From NCBI GenBank assembly GCA_041661605.1, contig JBAZUE010000003.1, forward strand, positions 13,934 through 77,933: DNA of 64,000 nucleotides. The letters are read 5' to 3'. Positions 34,560 through 45,578 of the stretch are shown here, one piece after another (positions within the stretch are counted from its first letter, which is position 1; each line of letters starts with the position of its first letter). A program made the position numbers and the translations under genes. This DNA is from Candidatus Omnitrophota bacterium. GTDB taxonomy: Bacteria > Omnitrophota > Gorgyraeia > Gygaellales > Profunditerraquicolaceae. The notes under the pieces are model-generated. The model was not told the origin of the DNA. It saw only the letters and a program-made list of their open reading frames with translations, and did not search any database.

Positions 34560-35966
34560 TTATTTGACTTTAACCTTACGGAAACCTACGGCATCGATAG
34601 GCAGATTCCCGTGAAAAGCTTTTAGGGCCGTCAACACATATTCCGGACTCCCCAAAAATTTAAGCGGGATCCTCAAAATTAAATAATTCCTGCCGGATTC
34701 CAACAAAACCCCGGAGTTAGCTACTCTTTTCTTGGCATTAAACACCCGGGGCTTCTTTCCCGCGGCTATAATGCGTATTTTTGGCATTGCTGGAAAAGCG
34801 GTATTCTTGCTGTATCCGAATGCATAAAGCAGCACGCCAAATCTATTGCTGAGTTTTTTAGTTTTATCCACACGTACAACAAAATAACCATTATCTTCAG
34901 CATAGCTGACTTCCCCGCCGCCTTCTGTCAACTCCTCCTGTATTGAGAATTCCGAAGCAGGCGTATCTTTGAGCATCTTTGAAACACCGGAATAAGAAAC
35001 AGCTTTATCTTTTAATGTTTCCTGGGGAGCCAGCTCCAAAACCGGGTAATCTCCGAATAATTCATTTTCCCTGGCGAAAGAGAGCAGATAAAATGCGCTG
35101 GATTCCGTCTGGCTCTTATAAAAAAGAATGGACTGGTATTTTTTGTCCAGTTCCCCGAACCCTAAGTCTAAACGCACCCAGTTAATCTCCGAATCAATGA
35201 ATTTATCCGGCGGGTATAAATCCAACTCCGGATGGTAATGCCGGGGTTTAGGCCAGCCGATACAATGTACAAGATAAGGATAAACTTTAGGGGCGGGTAT
35301 CCGGCCTTCCAGGTCGCTTAAAGCCACCTGAAGAAATAAATACAAGGATTTATGGTCGACATTAACATCCGCAGGATGCGAAACAAATATTTTATCCGGC
35401 TTATAATCTAATATCTGCCTGCTCAGATCATTCAGGATATTTTCGCCGCAATAAGCAGCTCCATAAGAAGGGTTATCTTCATAAGGCACGCTGGATATAC
35501 GGGTCAGCCGGTCGCGGAATGGTTTGTTGTCCTGCCAATGCCGGCTGAATATAGTAAAAGTGCCGAAATCGGGGTAGCCTAAAAATACCAGGTCTTTTCC
35601 GGATAACCCCAGGGATTCCATAGCCTTAATCGACTCTTGCTGGCGCAGTTTGCCCATATGCACAAACTCTCCCTGGCGCACAGTTATCCTTTTTTCATAA
35701 ACAATAAAAGCCAGTTCATTATGATCGCCATTTGTCAGGTAAACTATTTTTATTCTTGCGCCAGCCTCATGCGCCCGCTGGATAACCCCTGCACAGGCAA
35801 TTGCCTCATCATCAGGATGCGGGGCCAGAATCAACACACGCTCTCCTTTTTTAAAAGGCTCTAATGCGGGTATCCTCGGCCAATATACTTGACCAGGTTT
35901 TTCTATGCTGGCACAACCGGCAAGCAGCAGAAACAACAAGATTGTTAATAGTTTGTACTTACGCAT
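34560..35966 (-). CDS. PIG-L/LmbE-family deacetylase lipoprotein with a long C-terminal extension
   Basis: 468-aa ORF with the lipobox LLLAGC and the PIG-L motif LILAPHPDDEAIACAG plus HPADVNVDH. The C-terminal roughly 170 aa are unassigned. Confidence 0.7.
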   Translation of the reverse strand: MRKYKLLTILLFLLLAGCASIEKPGQVYWPRIPALEPFKKGERVLILAPHPDDEAIACAGVIQRAHEAGARIKIVYLTNGDHNELAFIVYEKRITVRQGEFVHMGKLRQQESIKAMESLGLSGKDLVFLGYPDFGTFTIFSRHWQDNKPFRDRLTRISSVPYEDNPSYGAAYCGENILNDLSRQILDYKPDKIFVSHPADVNVDHKSLYLFLQVALSDLEGRIPAPKVYPYLVHCIGWPKPRHYHPELDLYPPDKFIDSEINWVRLDLGFGELDKKYQSILFYKSQTESSAFYLLSFARENELFGDYPVLELAPQETLKDKAVSYSGVSKMLKDTPASEFSIQEELTEGGGEVSYAEDNGYFVVRVDKTKKLSNRFGVLLYAFGYSKNTAFPAMPKIRIIAAGKKPRVFNAKKRVANSGVLLESGRNYLILRIPLKFLGSPEYVLTALKAFHGNLPIDAVGFRKVKVK

Positions 35967-36046
35967 TGATGCATTCTATCATTTCGCTAATTCTTAGTCA
36001 AGACAATCGCCGGCAAACCTATCCAGGCCGGCAATGAAAGTATAAT

Positions 36047-36074
36047 TTGCAAAAACTTACACTTGTTATACAAT
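36047..36074 (+). promoter_or_regulatory. Sigma70-type promoter of the CDF transporter; candidate leaderless mRNA
   Basis: TTGCAA (36047-36052), 16 nt, TACAAT (36069-36074). The in-frame ATG at 36081 begins 6 nt after the -10 hexamer and has no SD. Confidence 0.4.
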
Positions 36075-36959
36075 ACTTCTATGGTAACAGACATCCGGCG
36101 GCACTATCAAAAAATAAGAAAAATCCTTTTTATCATACTCGTCTTAAACTGGCTGGTCGCTTTGGCTAAAATCATTTACGGTTTAAGCAGCCGTTGTTCC
36201 AGTATGACCGCAGACGGCTTCCATTCGCTTTCAGACGGCACATCCAATATTATCGGGTTATTGGGTATCCACTTCGCCTGCCAACCGGTAGACAAAGACC
36301 ACCCCTATGGACACAAGAAATATGAAACACTGTTCTCCCTGGTAATCTCCGCCATGCTTTTTATTCTCTCATTCAATTTAATCAAACAAGGATGGAGCCG
36401 TCTGATGCGGCCCATCTTACCTCAAGTAGATATAACAAGCTTTGTAATCATGATTGTTACGTTAGCGGTTAATATCTGGGTAATGCGCTATGAGCATAAA
36501 AAGGGCAAAGAGTTAAAAAGCGACATCCTGATTTCTGATTCTATGCATACACGCGCAGACGTCTTCACTTCTTTTTCAGTAATCGTCTCCCTTATCGCGA
36601 TAAAGTTGGGGTTTCCTTTAATCGACCCAATTATCACTATCCTTATATCATTGCTTATCGGCTTTGCTGCTTTTGAAATAGCCAAAGAGAGCTCCGATGT
36701 ACTCTGCGACACAGCTGTTTTCCTGGATGACGCAAAAATTATGGATATTGTGTTAAAAACAAAAGGAGTGCGTGCCTGCCATAAGATACGCAGCCGCGGC
36801 AGAATTGACGATATTTATGTTGATTTACATGTCCAGGTTAACCATAATATGCACATCGATGACGCCCACCAGATAAGCTACCGCATTGAAGAAGCAATCA
36901 AATCTGCCATACCCGGTATAACCGATGTAGTAGTACACATGGAACCCCAGGAAGATTAG
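36063..36959 (+). CDS. Cation-diffusion-facilitator (CDF) metal efflux transporter
   Basis: 298-aa track ORF from TTG 36063; the ATG at 36081 (MVTDIRR...) is the more likely start. It has the CDF motifs HSLSDG and HTRADV and a C-terminal cytoplasmic domain. Confidence 0.85.
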   Translation: MLYNTSMVTDIRRHYQKIRKILFIILVLNWLVALAKIIYGLSSRCSSMTADGFHSLSDGTSNIIGLLGIHFACQPVDKDHPYGHKKYETLFSLVISAMLFILSFNLIKQGWSRLMRPILPQVDITSFVIMIVTLAVNIWVMRYEHKKGKELKSDILISDSMHTRADVFTSFSVIVSLIAIKLGFPLIDPIITILISLLIGFAAFEIAKESSDVLCDTAVFLDDAKIMDIVLKTKGVRACHKIRSRGRIDDIYVDLHVQVNHNMHIDDAHQISYRIEEAIKSAIPGITDVVVHMEPQED

Positions 36960-37441
36960 ATATACTCAAGGGGATCCTGGGGAACCCCCTTTTTCCTGAT
37001 TTCAAAATGTAAATGCGGGAGCATGTCGCGGGCCCTGGCATTTCCGGTTTTACCCACTCTTCCGATAACCTGGCACTGGCGCACATAATCATTTTTGCGC
37101 ACAAGGATCTCTGAAAGATGACCATAAATAGTAATGTAATTACCTGCATGCCGGATAATTACATATTTGCCCATTCCATGGTTCTGGGTAGCGCTAAGCA
37201 CCCTGCCGCTTTTAGCGGCAGAAACAGCAACCCCCACATCCGCCAAAAGGTCAATACCTTTATGCACCCTGCTTCCGGAACGGTTTGAAGCGAATAGTCC
37301 GCTGCCGTGGTTATCGTTGCGGATAAGGATATCACCCTTGTATTCAATAGGACAGGTAAAATATCTTTTATCCACAGAGGCCAGGCCTACGAACGTATAA
37401 ACCAATACTATGATTGAAATAATCGCCAGGATTCTTTTCAT
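36956..37441 (-). CDS. M23-family metallopeptidase
   Basis: 161-aa ORF with HKGIDL and HLHFEI, the M23 zinc ligands. Confidence 0.8.
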   Translation of the reverse strand: MKRILAIISIIVLVYTFVGLASVDKRYFTCPIEYKGDILIRNDNHGSGLFASNRSGSRVHKGIDLLADVGVAVSAAKSGRVLSATQNHGMGKYVIIRHAGNYITIYGHLSEILVRKNDYVRQCQVIGRVGKTGNARARDMLPHLHFEIRKKGVPQDPLEYI

Positions 37442-38910
37442 CTTTTCTTTAAAAGAAATATTATAACACAGATGTCAAGCAGCAAGCATAAAAGGACAAA
37501 AAAATCGCCATAGCGGTTATAGATTGTCCGCCTGGCTTGCGCTAAATAAATATACTGGCTGCTATAACCTCTGACAAAGATATCTTTTCCAGCGGCATCC
37601 CGCACTATTGAGGAGAGCCTGCCAAACGGGTCGATAAATCCGGATATCCCCGTATTGGCTGCCCTGACCAGATACACGCGATTCTCAACCGCCCTGAAAA
37701 CCGAAGCGGCAAAATGCTGATAAGGCGCACTGCCTTGCTTGTACCAGGCATCATTAGTAATATTTACCAGGAACCTTGCCCCCTTCTTTATAAATTCCCG
37801 GGATAATTCCGGGAATAGATCCTCAAAGCAGATGAGCACGGAGAAATCAACAGGCTGCCTGAATATGGTATACTCCTTACCCGGCTCAATGTCTCCGATA
37901 GGCGCAATTGTCTGTAAAAAAGGAAAGGTGTTTTTAAACGGCACATACTCTCCGAACGGCACCAGATGAAGTTTATTATAAGATTTCTGCGGCTTACCAA
38001 TATTGTTAATGAACAGAGCGCTGTTAAAATAGGCTTGGCCAGAGCGCGAAACCGCCCCTATCAACAAATTGATCTTTAATTGGGCAGCTAAGGAAAAAAC
38101 CTGGTTAAATTGCGCATCAGGCATATCCTCTGCCCAAAGAGCCGGAACAGATGCCTCCGGCCAAATAATTAAACTGGGATTATCCCTGGCAGCGGCTTTA
38201 GTTAATTCTATATAGTTATTCAATATACCGGAGGCCGCCTGCCTATCCCATTTTAAATCTTGAGGAATATTTCCCTGGACTACAGAAACTTTAAATAATT
38301 CTTTATCAGAATGCGGGCCAGCTTTATAACTCAAGCTGTAAAAACCGTACGTCAAGCATAAAAACAATATGCAAACGCAAATTAAAGAAATATTTGCTTT
38401 CAGGCGCTTACGCAAAGCTGAATAAAATACAACATTGAACAATACCACAAAAAATGATACCCCCCAGGAACCGGTAATATCTGCAATTTGGATAACCGGC
38501 AAATTTCTGTATTGCGAAAACCCTATTTGCGCCCAGGGAAAACCCGTAAACAAATAACTGCGTAAATATTCCAGCAATACCCAGGCACTTGGCACAAAAA
38601 ACAGAAAGACGCCCGGGCAAAGAGAACCGGACAAATAAACTGCGCCGCCAAAAACCCCAAAGTAAACAGCCAGATATAAAATTAAAACTACCTGGCCAAG
38701 AAGGGTAACATGGATAAGCCAATATATAGTCAGGCTCCAGAAAATAATCCCGCAAAGATAGCCGATAATAAATGATTGGAAAAGAGATTTTTTTTCTAGT
38801 GAAATAAACAAAGGGACAAAACCAAACCAGGCAAAAAACCAAAAGTTAAAACTGGAGAAAGAAAACGACAATAAACCGGCGGCTAAGATAGGTAGGATTA
38901 CCTGGATCAT
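37438..38910 (-). CDS. lnt: Apolipoprotein N-acyltransferase Lnt
   Basis: Multi-TM N-terminal domain plus a CN-hydrolase domain (ICFE, WPE). I prefer the ATG at 38910, which forms an ATGA overlap with the secA stop. The track start at 38955 would overlap secA by 49 nt. Confidence 0.85.
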   Translation of the reverse strand: MIQVILPILAAGLLSFSFSSFNFWFFAWFGFVPLFISLEKKSLFQSFIIGYLCGIIFWSLTIYWLIHVTLLGQVVLILYLAVYFGVFGGAVYLSGSLCPGVFLFFVPSAWVLLEYLRSYLFTGFPWAQIGFSQYRNLPVIQIADITGSWGVSFFVVLFNVVFYSALRKRLKANISLICVCILFLCLTYGFYSLSYKAGPHSDKELFKVSVVQGNIPQDLKWDRQAASGILNNYIELTKAAARDNPSLIIWPEASVPALWAEDMPDAQFNQVFSLAAQLKINLLIGAVSRSGQAYFNSALFINNIGKPQKSYNKLHLVPFGEYVPFKNTFPFLQTIAPIGDIEPGKEYTIFRQPVDFSVLICFEDLFPELSREFIKKGARFLVNITNDAWYKQGSAPYQHFAASVFRAVENRVYLVRAANTGISGFIDPFGRLSSIVRDAAGKDIFVRGYSSQYIYLAQARRTIYNRYGDFFVLLCLLLDICVIIFLLKKR

Positions 38911-41828
38911 TTTGCACAACACTTCTTGTATTTTTTCCCTGAACCGCAAGGACATAGGTCATTGCGCCCCACCTTAGGCTGATGGGATTGCACAGGCTTA
39001 GATACAGTTGCTTGCTTAATTGGGGCTATTTCTGAAGAATCCTCCTGCGCAGCAGGAACCTGGAATTTAACTGATTCCGGGTGAGAAAGCTCTTTGGACA
39101 AAGAGCTGAAAACTCCGCGGAATCTATCCGGCTTAGCAGGCTGTAGTTTAAAAATAGTTTCTACGGCCTCTTCTTCGATACCACCGATCATCTGGCTGAA
39201 CATTTCAAAAGCCTCGCGCTTATATTCGATCAGCGGATCCCGCTGCCCATAGGCGCGCAGGCCTATGCCTTCGCGCAGGCTATCCATAGCATAGAGATGA
39301 TCTTTCCATTTACTATCTATAATCTGCAGAAAGACCATACCTTCTAAATTACGCATTAACTCAGAGGTAATCGATTTCTCTTTAGCTTCATAAGTCCCAA
39401 GCAGCTGCGCAGATAACTTATCTTTAACCTCCTGATCAACCTGCCCGGCAAATTCTTGCGGGTTAAGCTCCAGGCCAAACTTTAAAACCATGGAGCTGAT
39501 TAAACCTGCGGTATCAATTCCGGAAGAATCCGACTGATTATAAATTTGCAGGTATTCCCCGACAAGTTTATGGATAATGCCGATAATATTCTCTTTAAGG
39601 GAAAAACCCTCCAGAATTTGCTTACGCTGGCCATAGATAATCTCCCTTTGCTTGTTCATTACATTATCATACTCTAAGAGCTGCTTACGGATCTCAAAAT
39701 TATGCTGCTCAACCCGGCGCTGGGCAATCTCGATGGAACCGGTAACCCAGGGATGCTCAATAACCTGGCCTTCTTCCAAACCTAATTTATCCATCAGCCC
39801 AATAATCCTGTCTGAACCAAATAAACGCATAAGATCATCCTTCAACGATACGTAAAAACGTGAAGACCCGGGATCCCCCTGCCGGCCGCTTCTTCCGCGA
39901 AGCTGATTGTCAATACGCCTGGCTTCGTGGCGCTCTGTGCCTAAGACATGCAACCCTCCTAAGCCGGCTACTTTATCATGCTCTAATACAGTCTCTGATT
40001 TATATCGTTCAAAAATTACTTTATATTCATTAAGATAATTTGGATCTGCGGGATCCAGTTTCTGCTTGGCTACATTCTTGGCGATAAACTCAGGGTTACC
40101 CCCCAAAAGGATGTCTGTGCCACGGCCCGCCATGTTGGTAGCTATAGTTACCCCTTTGTACCTGCCGGCCTGGGCAATAATCTGCGCCTCCAGTTCATGA
40201 TATTTGGCGTTCAACACCTGGTGCGGTATGCCCCGGCGTTTAAGCATTTCGGAAAGATTCTCGGATTTATCAATGGTAATTGTACCAACCAATACCGGCT
40301 TGCCTGAATTATACAGCTCAGCGATCTCATCAACTACGGCAGCAAATTTTTCTTTTTCGGTTTTATAAATACGGTCGGGATAATTCTTGCGCAGCAGGGG
40401 TTTATTAGTAGGCAGGACAACCACGTCCAACTGATAAATATTTTTGAATTCATTGGCTTCGGTAAAAGCGGTTCCGGTCATCCCGGCTAACTTTTCATAC
40501 ATGCGAAAATAATTCTGGAAGGTAATCGTAGCCAGGGTCTGATTTTCCCGCTCGATTTTTAACCCCTCCTTAGACTCAACGGCCTGATGCAAGCCGTCTG
40601 ACCAGCGCCTGCCCGGCATAAGCCTGCCGGTAAATTCATCCACGATAATCACCGCCCCGTCCTTAACTACATAATCCACATCGCGCTGAAAAAACTCTTT
40701 TGCCCGTAAAGCCTGGATCGTATGATGCCGGTATTCGATTGTTTCTAAAGTATGCAAGGTATCAATACCCCAGAGCTTGGCGGCTTTAAACTCCCCTTCC
40801 TCGGTAAGGGCGACGGTTTGGGCCTTTTCATCCGCCACATAATCAAAACCTTTGCCTAAATCCACGCCTTTATATTTAGCGTCAATCTCGTCTTTCTCCG
40901 TAACCCGGCGCCCGTTTAGCCCTTCGACTATTTTATTAGCGGTATAATATTTACCCGTAGATTCCTCCGCGGGGCCTGAGATGATCAAGGGGGTGCGCGC
41001 CTCATCGATCAATATTGAATCAACCTCATCCACAATGGCATAATAAAAAGGCCTCTGCACCAGTTCTGCGATAGAATATTTCATATTATCGCGCAGATAA
41101 TCAAAACCAAACTCATTGTTTGTGCCATACGTTATATCGCAGGAATAAGCGAGCTTCCTTTCCTCGTCGGACATATCATGCTGGATAGTGCCTACGGATA
41201 AGCCTAAGAACTCATAAATCGGCCCCATCCAGTCGCGGTCGCGCCGGGCAAGATAATCGTTGACCGTGACGATATGAACCCCTTTGTCTAACAAAGCATT
41301 CAGATACGCTGCTAATGTGGCAACCAAAGTCTTTCCTTCGCCCGTGGACATCTCCGCGATCCTGCCCTCATGCAGTATAATACCTCCGGCAATCTGCACA
41401 TCAAAATGCCTTAAACCTATTGTGCGCTTAGATGCCTCTCTGACCACAGCAAAGGCCTCGGGTAATATGTCAGCGAAGATCCTGTTCCGGCTTTCCTTAA
41501 GCTTTTCTTTTAACTTCTCTTTTTCCTCCGGCATAGCCACGGAAAGCATGGCTTGCTGCAGTTGAACCAGATCCTGGGCAATTTGTTCAGACTTACCGTT
41601 TAGATGCCTCCTGAATTCATCTGTCTTGGCACGAAGCTCTGCATCGCTAAGCTGGCTTATCCTGGCTTCAAATGAATTTACCAAATTAACCGCCTTAGCC
41701 AATTCGACCATTTTATTCATCGAAGGGTTGGGCAACTCGGAATGCAAAGTAATGTTTACCCCCGGGAACCTCTTCCTGATGACATCCTGTTTATTATTAA
41801 GAATTATTTTTTTAATTAACCCAAGCAT
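38907..41828 (-). CDS. secA: Preprotein translocase ATPase SecA
   Basis: 973-aa ORF with the DEAD-like motor ([32 protein letters not shown]). It ends in the C-terminal zinc finger [13 protein letters not shown]. Confidence 0.96.
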   Translation of the reverse strand: MLGLIKKIILNNKQDVIRKRFPGVNITLHSELPNPSMNKMVELAKAVNLVNSFEARISQLSDAELRAKTDEFRRHLNGKSEQIAQDLVQLQQAMLSVAMPEEKEKLKEKLKESRNRIFADILPEAFAVVREASKRTIGLRHFDVQIAGGIILHEGRIAEMSTGEGKTLVATLAAYLNALLDKGVHIVTVNDYLARRDRDWMGPIYEFLGLSVGTIQHDMSDEERKLAYSCDITYGTNNEFGFDYLRDNMKYSIAELVQRPFYYAIVDEVDSILIDEARTPLIISGPAEESTGKYYTANKIVEGLNGRRVTEKDEIDAKYKGVDLGKGFDYVADEKAQTVALTEEGEFKAAKLWGIDTLHTLETIEYRHHTIQALRAKEFFQRDVDYVVKDGAVIIVDEFTGRLMPGRRWSDGLHQAVESKEGLKIERENQTLATITFQNYFRMYEKLAGMTGTAFTEANEFKNIYQLDVVVLPTNKPLLRKNYPDRIYKTEKEKFAAVVDEIAELYNSGKPVLVGTITIDKSENLSEMLKRRGIPHQVLNAKYHELEAQIIAQAGRYKGVTIATNMAGRGTDILLGGNPEFIAKNVAKQKLDPADPNYLNEYKVIFERYKSETVLEHDKVAGLGGLHVLGTERHEARRIDNQLRGRSGRQGDPGSSRFYVSLKDDLMRLFGSDRIIGLMDKLGLEEGQVIEHPWVTGSIEIAQRRVEQHNFEIRKQLLEYDNVMNKQREIIYGQRKQILEGFSLKENIIGIIHKLVGEYLQIYNQSDSSGIDTAGLISSMVLKFGLELNPQEFAGQVDQEVKDKLSAQLLGTYEAKEKSITSELMRNLEGMVFLQIIDSKWKDHLYAMDSLREGIGLRAYGQRDPLIEYKREAFEMFSQMIGGIEEEAVETIFKLQPAKPDRFRGVFSSLSKELSHPESVKFQVPAAQEDSSEIAPIKQATVSKPVQSHQPKVGRNDLCPCGSGKKYKKCCAK

Positions 41829-41830
41829 CT

Positions 41831-42935
41831 TTATCCTTGTTTATTGGCGATAAATTTAAGAAAAGCCTCAATAAATTCATCCAGGGAGCCGTCTAAAACC
41901 TTTCCGCTGTCCCCTGTTTCAAAATCCGTGCGATGATCCTTAACCAGATTATAAGGATGCAAAACATAAGAGCGGATTTGGCTACCCCACTCAATCTTCT
42001 TTTTGTCTGAATCCTGTTGTTTTAACTCTGCTTCCTTCTTTTCTTGCTGCGCTTCAAAAATACGCGCCTTTAGTATCTTTAAAGCAGTTTGTTTATTCTG
42101 ATGCTGCGAACGTTCATTCTGGCATTGCGCAACAATTCCGGTAGGGATATGGGTAATCCTTACTGCTGAATCCGTGGTGTTTACACTTTGGCCGCCGGCA
42201 CCCTTAGCGCGATAAACATCCACACGCAAATCCTTTTCCTCAATTTTTATATCAAGATCTTCGTCTATTTCCGGAATTACGTCTACCGAGGCAAAAGATG
42301 TATGTCGGCGCTTATTGGCATCAAAAGGAGAAATACGCACCAGCCTGTGCACTCCGCGTTCTGCCTTTAAATATCCGTAGGCATAATCACCCTCGATTAG
42401 AATAGTGACATTCTTAATCCCCGCTTCTTCACCAATAAGCAGGTCAATTGTTTTTACGCTATAGCCGTGGCTGTCTGCGAAACGGCTATACATCCTAAAA
42501 AGCATCCCTGCCCAATCGCATGACTCTGTGCCGCCTGCTCCGGAATTAATGCTTAGAATCGCGCTATTCTTATCCAGCGGCCCGCCTAAGAGCACCTGAA
42601 ATTCCAGCTTATCTATTATTTTCAGCAGGCTATCGGTATTGCGGTTTAAATCCAAAAGCAGATCATTGTCATTTTCCTTAAGCAGAGGAACAAGCTCTTT
42701 AAGTTCCTGGTATTTTTTATCAGCCAGCTCCCAAGGCTCGACTATCGCTTTAAGGATTTTTAACTCTTTAACTATTTTTCTGGGGCGGTCCGTATTATCC
42801 CAGAAATCTGCGGCTGACATTTGGGCAGACAAAATATCTATCCGCTGCTTCTTGTTTACAACGTCAAAGATAACCTCTTAAATTTTCAATCTTTAAACCA
42901 ATCTCAACTAAGTTATCTTTGATTTTTTCAAGCAT
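41831..42935 (-). CDS. prfB: Peptide chain release factor 2 (programmed +1 frameshift: 42935-42867 then 42865-41831)
   Basis: The track ORF carries the SPF and GGQ motifs. Hand translation upstream gives [26 protein letters not shown] in frame 0, and the +1 frame continues [22 protein letters not shown] into the track ORF. The combined length is about 367 aa. Confidence 0.9.
42863..42878 (-). promoter_or_regulatory. RF2 autoregulatory +1 frameshift site
   Basis: Minus strand reads AGAGGT TAT CTT TGA C. An SD-like element is followed by the canonical CUU UGA C slippery/stop context. Confidence 0.85.
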
Positions 42936-42986
42936 GGATATCTCCTATTCTGTTCTAACCGGCCTCTAAAGAGGCGCTAAATCTAT

Positions 42987-44057
42987 TTACTTCTTTATCC
43001 CCCTGAAAGCAAGCATGAATTCATCCCGGCTATCCGCAGAGCAAACAGCATCCTCTTCGCTAATCTTGCCCTCGTGAACCAGCTTAACCAGGCACTGGTT
43101 AAATGACTGCATACCGAATATCGCCCCCTCTTCAATAAATTGGGGGATCTCCCAAACCTTCCCTTCGCGGATTAAACGGCTGATAGTGGGGGTTAAAAGC
43201 ATAATTTCATAAGCAGGAACGCGGCCTAAGCCATCCTTGGAAGGCACAAGGCGCAAGGAGATTACCCCTTTTAACAACGCGGCTAACTGGTTTCTTGCTT
43301 CTTGATGCTGGTGCGGCGGGAACAGGTTAATTAACCTTTCCACGCTCTGTGAAGCATTTATGGTGTGCAAGGTGCTTAAAACCAAGACTCCTGTTTCGGC
43401 TGCAGTAATGGCGCTGGAAACAGTCTCATAATCCCGAATATTGCCGATAAACATAACATCCGGACTCTGTAAAGTAAAAGCACGCAGGGCAACCGCGTAA
43501 GAAGCAACGTCAATACCTAATTCACGCTGGTTGATAATTGACTGTTTGTCTTCAAATGTAAATTCAATCGGTTCCTCGGCAGTTAAGATATGCTTCTTGG
43601 CATTGCTGTTTATATACTCCATCATACTGGCAATGGTCGTGGATTTTCCACTGCCCATGCCTCCGGTCAAAAGTACAAGGCCGCGTGTTTCAAGTGAGAG
43701 TTTCTTCAATATCTCGGCAGGAAGGTTAAGCTCCTCAAAGGTAGATATGTGGTTACGCACGTTTCTGATAACGATAGACGGCCAATTCCTTTGCATGAAT
43801 ATGCTGACCCGGAAACGGCGGCCGAATTCATCCAGGTATACGGCAAAATCCACATCCATATTATTCCTGAAAATATCAAGCTGCTTGAAATTAGCTAACT
43901 GCTGGGTAGCAAGCATAACATCCTCTACGCTTAAAACATGATCGCCCATAGAGATAATTTTGCCGTCAATACGCAGCCGCGGAGTTCCTCCGGCCCGGTA
44001 AAATAAATCCGAACCTCCCTTAGCCACCATCTCCTGCATTAATTTCTTGATATCCAT
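42987..44057 (-). CDS. pilT: Type IV pilus retraction ATPase PilT
   Basis: 356-aa ORF with Walker A GGMGSGKST, Walker B and Asp box, and the PilT signature ETGVLVLSTLHT. Confidence 0.85.
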   Translation of the reverse strand: MDIKKLMQEMVAKGGSDLFYRAGGTPRLRIDGKIISMGDHVLSVEDVMLATQQLANFKQLDIFRNNMDVDFAVYLDEFGRRFRVSIFMQRNWPSIVIRNVRNHISTFEELNLPAEILKKLSLETRGLVLLTGGMGSGKSTTIASMMEYINSNAKKHILTAEEPIEFTFEDKQSIINQRELGIDVASYAVALRAFTLQSPDVMFIGNIRDYETVSSAITAAETGVLVLSTLHTINASQSVERLINLFPPHQHQEARNQLAALLKGVISLRLVPSKDGLGRVPAYEIMLLTPTISRLIREGKVWEIPQFIEEGAIFGMQSFNQCLVKLVHEGKISEEDAVCSADSRDEFMLAFRGIKK

Positions 44058-44084
44058 CTTTTTCCTCCAGAATATTTTTAAGCA

Positions 44085-45578
44085 TTATAACACTTTATTG
44101 CCTTTTAATGTAGGATTAAATTCCATGTATCTGGCGAACATAAGCCGGCTTTGAGCATCCAATGCCGGGGATGAACCAAGGATTAATATTATAAACGGTA
44201 CAAAAAACCATTCTAAAACCAAAAGCACATTCTTAAACCAACTGACCCCCTTAGGCCGCGCCGGCAGGATTGTCCAGCTTAAGAATATCCAGGTCAAGCT
44301 AGTCAGCAAAGTAAACTGGAACAATAACCCGGTAACCTTCGGCAGATTATACGCAATGGCTGTCTGACTAAAGAATCTTCCGCCAAAAAATATAGGCAGC
44401 GGACCGATAACTACCAGGATAACCGCCCAGATTGCCCAACTGACATGGCTCTCCAAGAGGTGAAATGATCTTCTCAACTTCTTAAACAAAGATATATTCT
44501 TGTTCCCTATAAATCCGCATACAACGAAAGGAAAATTCTCTACCCCCCAGGCCCACCTTCTTTTCTGCTTATACTGAACAACAACAGTCCGCCAAATATT
44601 GCTGGAATAGGCCACATCCATTGAAATAGTAATATATAAAGGGATTACACGGTACTCTCCGTTATAATGCAAGAAGCCCTTCCAATAAATTACCGAATCA
44701 TCTGAAATCATGTTTCTCGGCCAATAATCCACCTCAACCAGGGTCTTGAAGCTCATACTATGGCTGGAAAAAGTGACAAATTTTTCAAGCCGCATACTCT
44801 CGATCATCTGGCAGAATGAACTGCTGATCTCAACCAGCCGGGCAAAAGACGGCGCCTGCCAAATATTATTATTATAAACCGGCATCGGCTGATAACTTGC
44901 CTGATGCGGTTTATCTGAAGTCAGAAAATGATAAGCCAGACAGCCAAAATATTCCGGCTCAACGCAGGTATCCGCATCAAAACAAGAAACTATTACATGC
45001 TCAGAACTTATGCCCCGGCTATCGATAAACTTTTTAGCAGCCAAGGCTCCCCAGGTAGCATTGGCGCCTTTAGTGCGGCTCTCTCCGGGCAGGTTATCAG
45101 GATGGAAGGTTGATAAATACGCGCCAAATTTACCGCTAAATTCCCTCTCTAAGGTTAAAGCGTTATCGTGGGCAAGAGGATTTCTTTCTTCAAAAGCCAT
45201 AACCACGATAAATTTCTCTTTAGGATAATGGCTCATACTTAAAGCCGCCAGAGACGGCCGCAAAACCTCCAGGCCTTCATTGTAGACCGGGAATATAACT
45301 AATTGATATAAATTATTCCAGCCCTTTTCCGGTTCCAGTGCTGAACAACGCGCCAGCCAATCTTCACCTTTTTGATAAGAAATCCGGTGATGGGCTATGA
45401 TCAAAAGTGTAGTTAAATAAATGGTGCGGATAATCCAATAAAAATCAAAAGTAATAATGATAACAGCGGTGGCTGCCGGATATTTAACCGACAACAATAT
45501 AAGTGAAATAATTATACCCCAGGAGAGCCCTCCGGGGATAATTTCAAAAACTCGCTTTAGAATCTTTGCCTTATTCAT
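44085..45578 (-). CDS. Membrane-integrated processive family-2 glycosyltransferase (cellulose/chitin/PNAG-synthase-like)
   Basis: 497-aa ORF with N- and C-terminal TM helices. It carries the GT2 motifs PVYNEG and FDADT and the processivity motif QKRRW (QxxRW). Confidence 0.75.
   Translation of the reverse strand: MNKAKILKRVFEIIPGGLSWGIIISLILLSVKYPAATAVIIITFDFYWIIRTIYLTTLLIIAHHRISYQKGEDWLARCSALEPEKGWNNLYQLVIFPVYNEGLEVLRPSLAALSMSHYPKEKFIVVMAFEERNPLAHDNALTLEREFSGKFGAYLSTFHPDNLPGESRTKGANATWGALAAKKFIDSRGISSEHVIVSCFDADTCVEPEYFGCLAYHFLTSDKPHQASYQPMPVYNNNIWQAPSFARLVEISSSFCQMIESMRLEKFVTFSSHSMSFKTLVEVDYWPRNMISDDSVIYWKGFLHYNGEYRVIPLYITISMDVAYSSNIWRTVVVQYKQKRRWAWGVENFPFVVCGFIGNKNISLFKKLRRSFHLLESHVSWAIWAVILVVIGPLPIFFGGRFFSQTAIAYNLPKVTGLLFQFTLLTSLTWIFLSWTILPARPKGVSWFKNVLLVLEWFFVPFIILILGSSPALDAQSRLMFARYMEFNPTLKGNKVL

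Noticed and set aside
36009-36032. Two GCCGGC palindromes 18 nt apart in the divergent region between the PIG-L and CDF genes, as a possible operator or hairpin
   Set aside because: They are short, self-complementary 6-mers with no supporting context. Nothing distinguishes them from chance.
38408-38842. 144-aa minus-strand ORF in an alternative frame of lnt. The 70-aa Arg-rich ORF at 30109-30321 lies inside the secreted-protein gene in the same way.
   Set aside because: They are nested out-of-frame within genes that have clear family motifs. Their composition is typical of frame-shifted translation.
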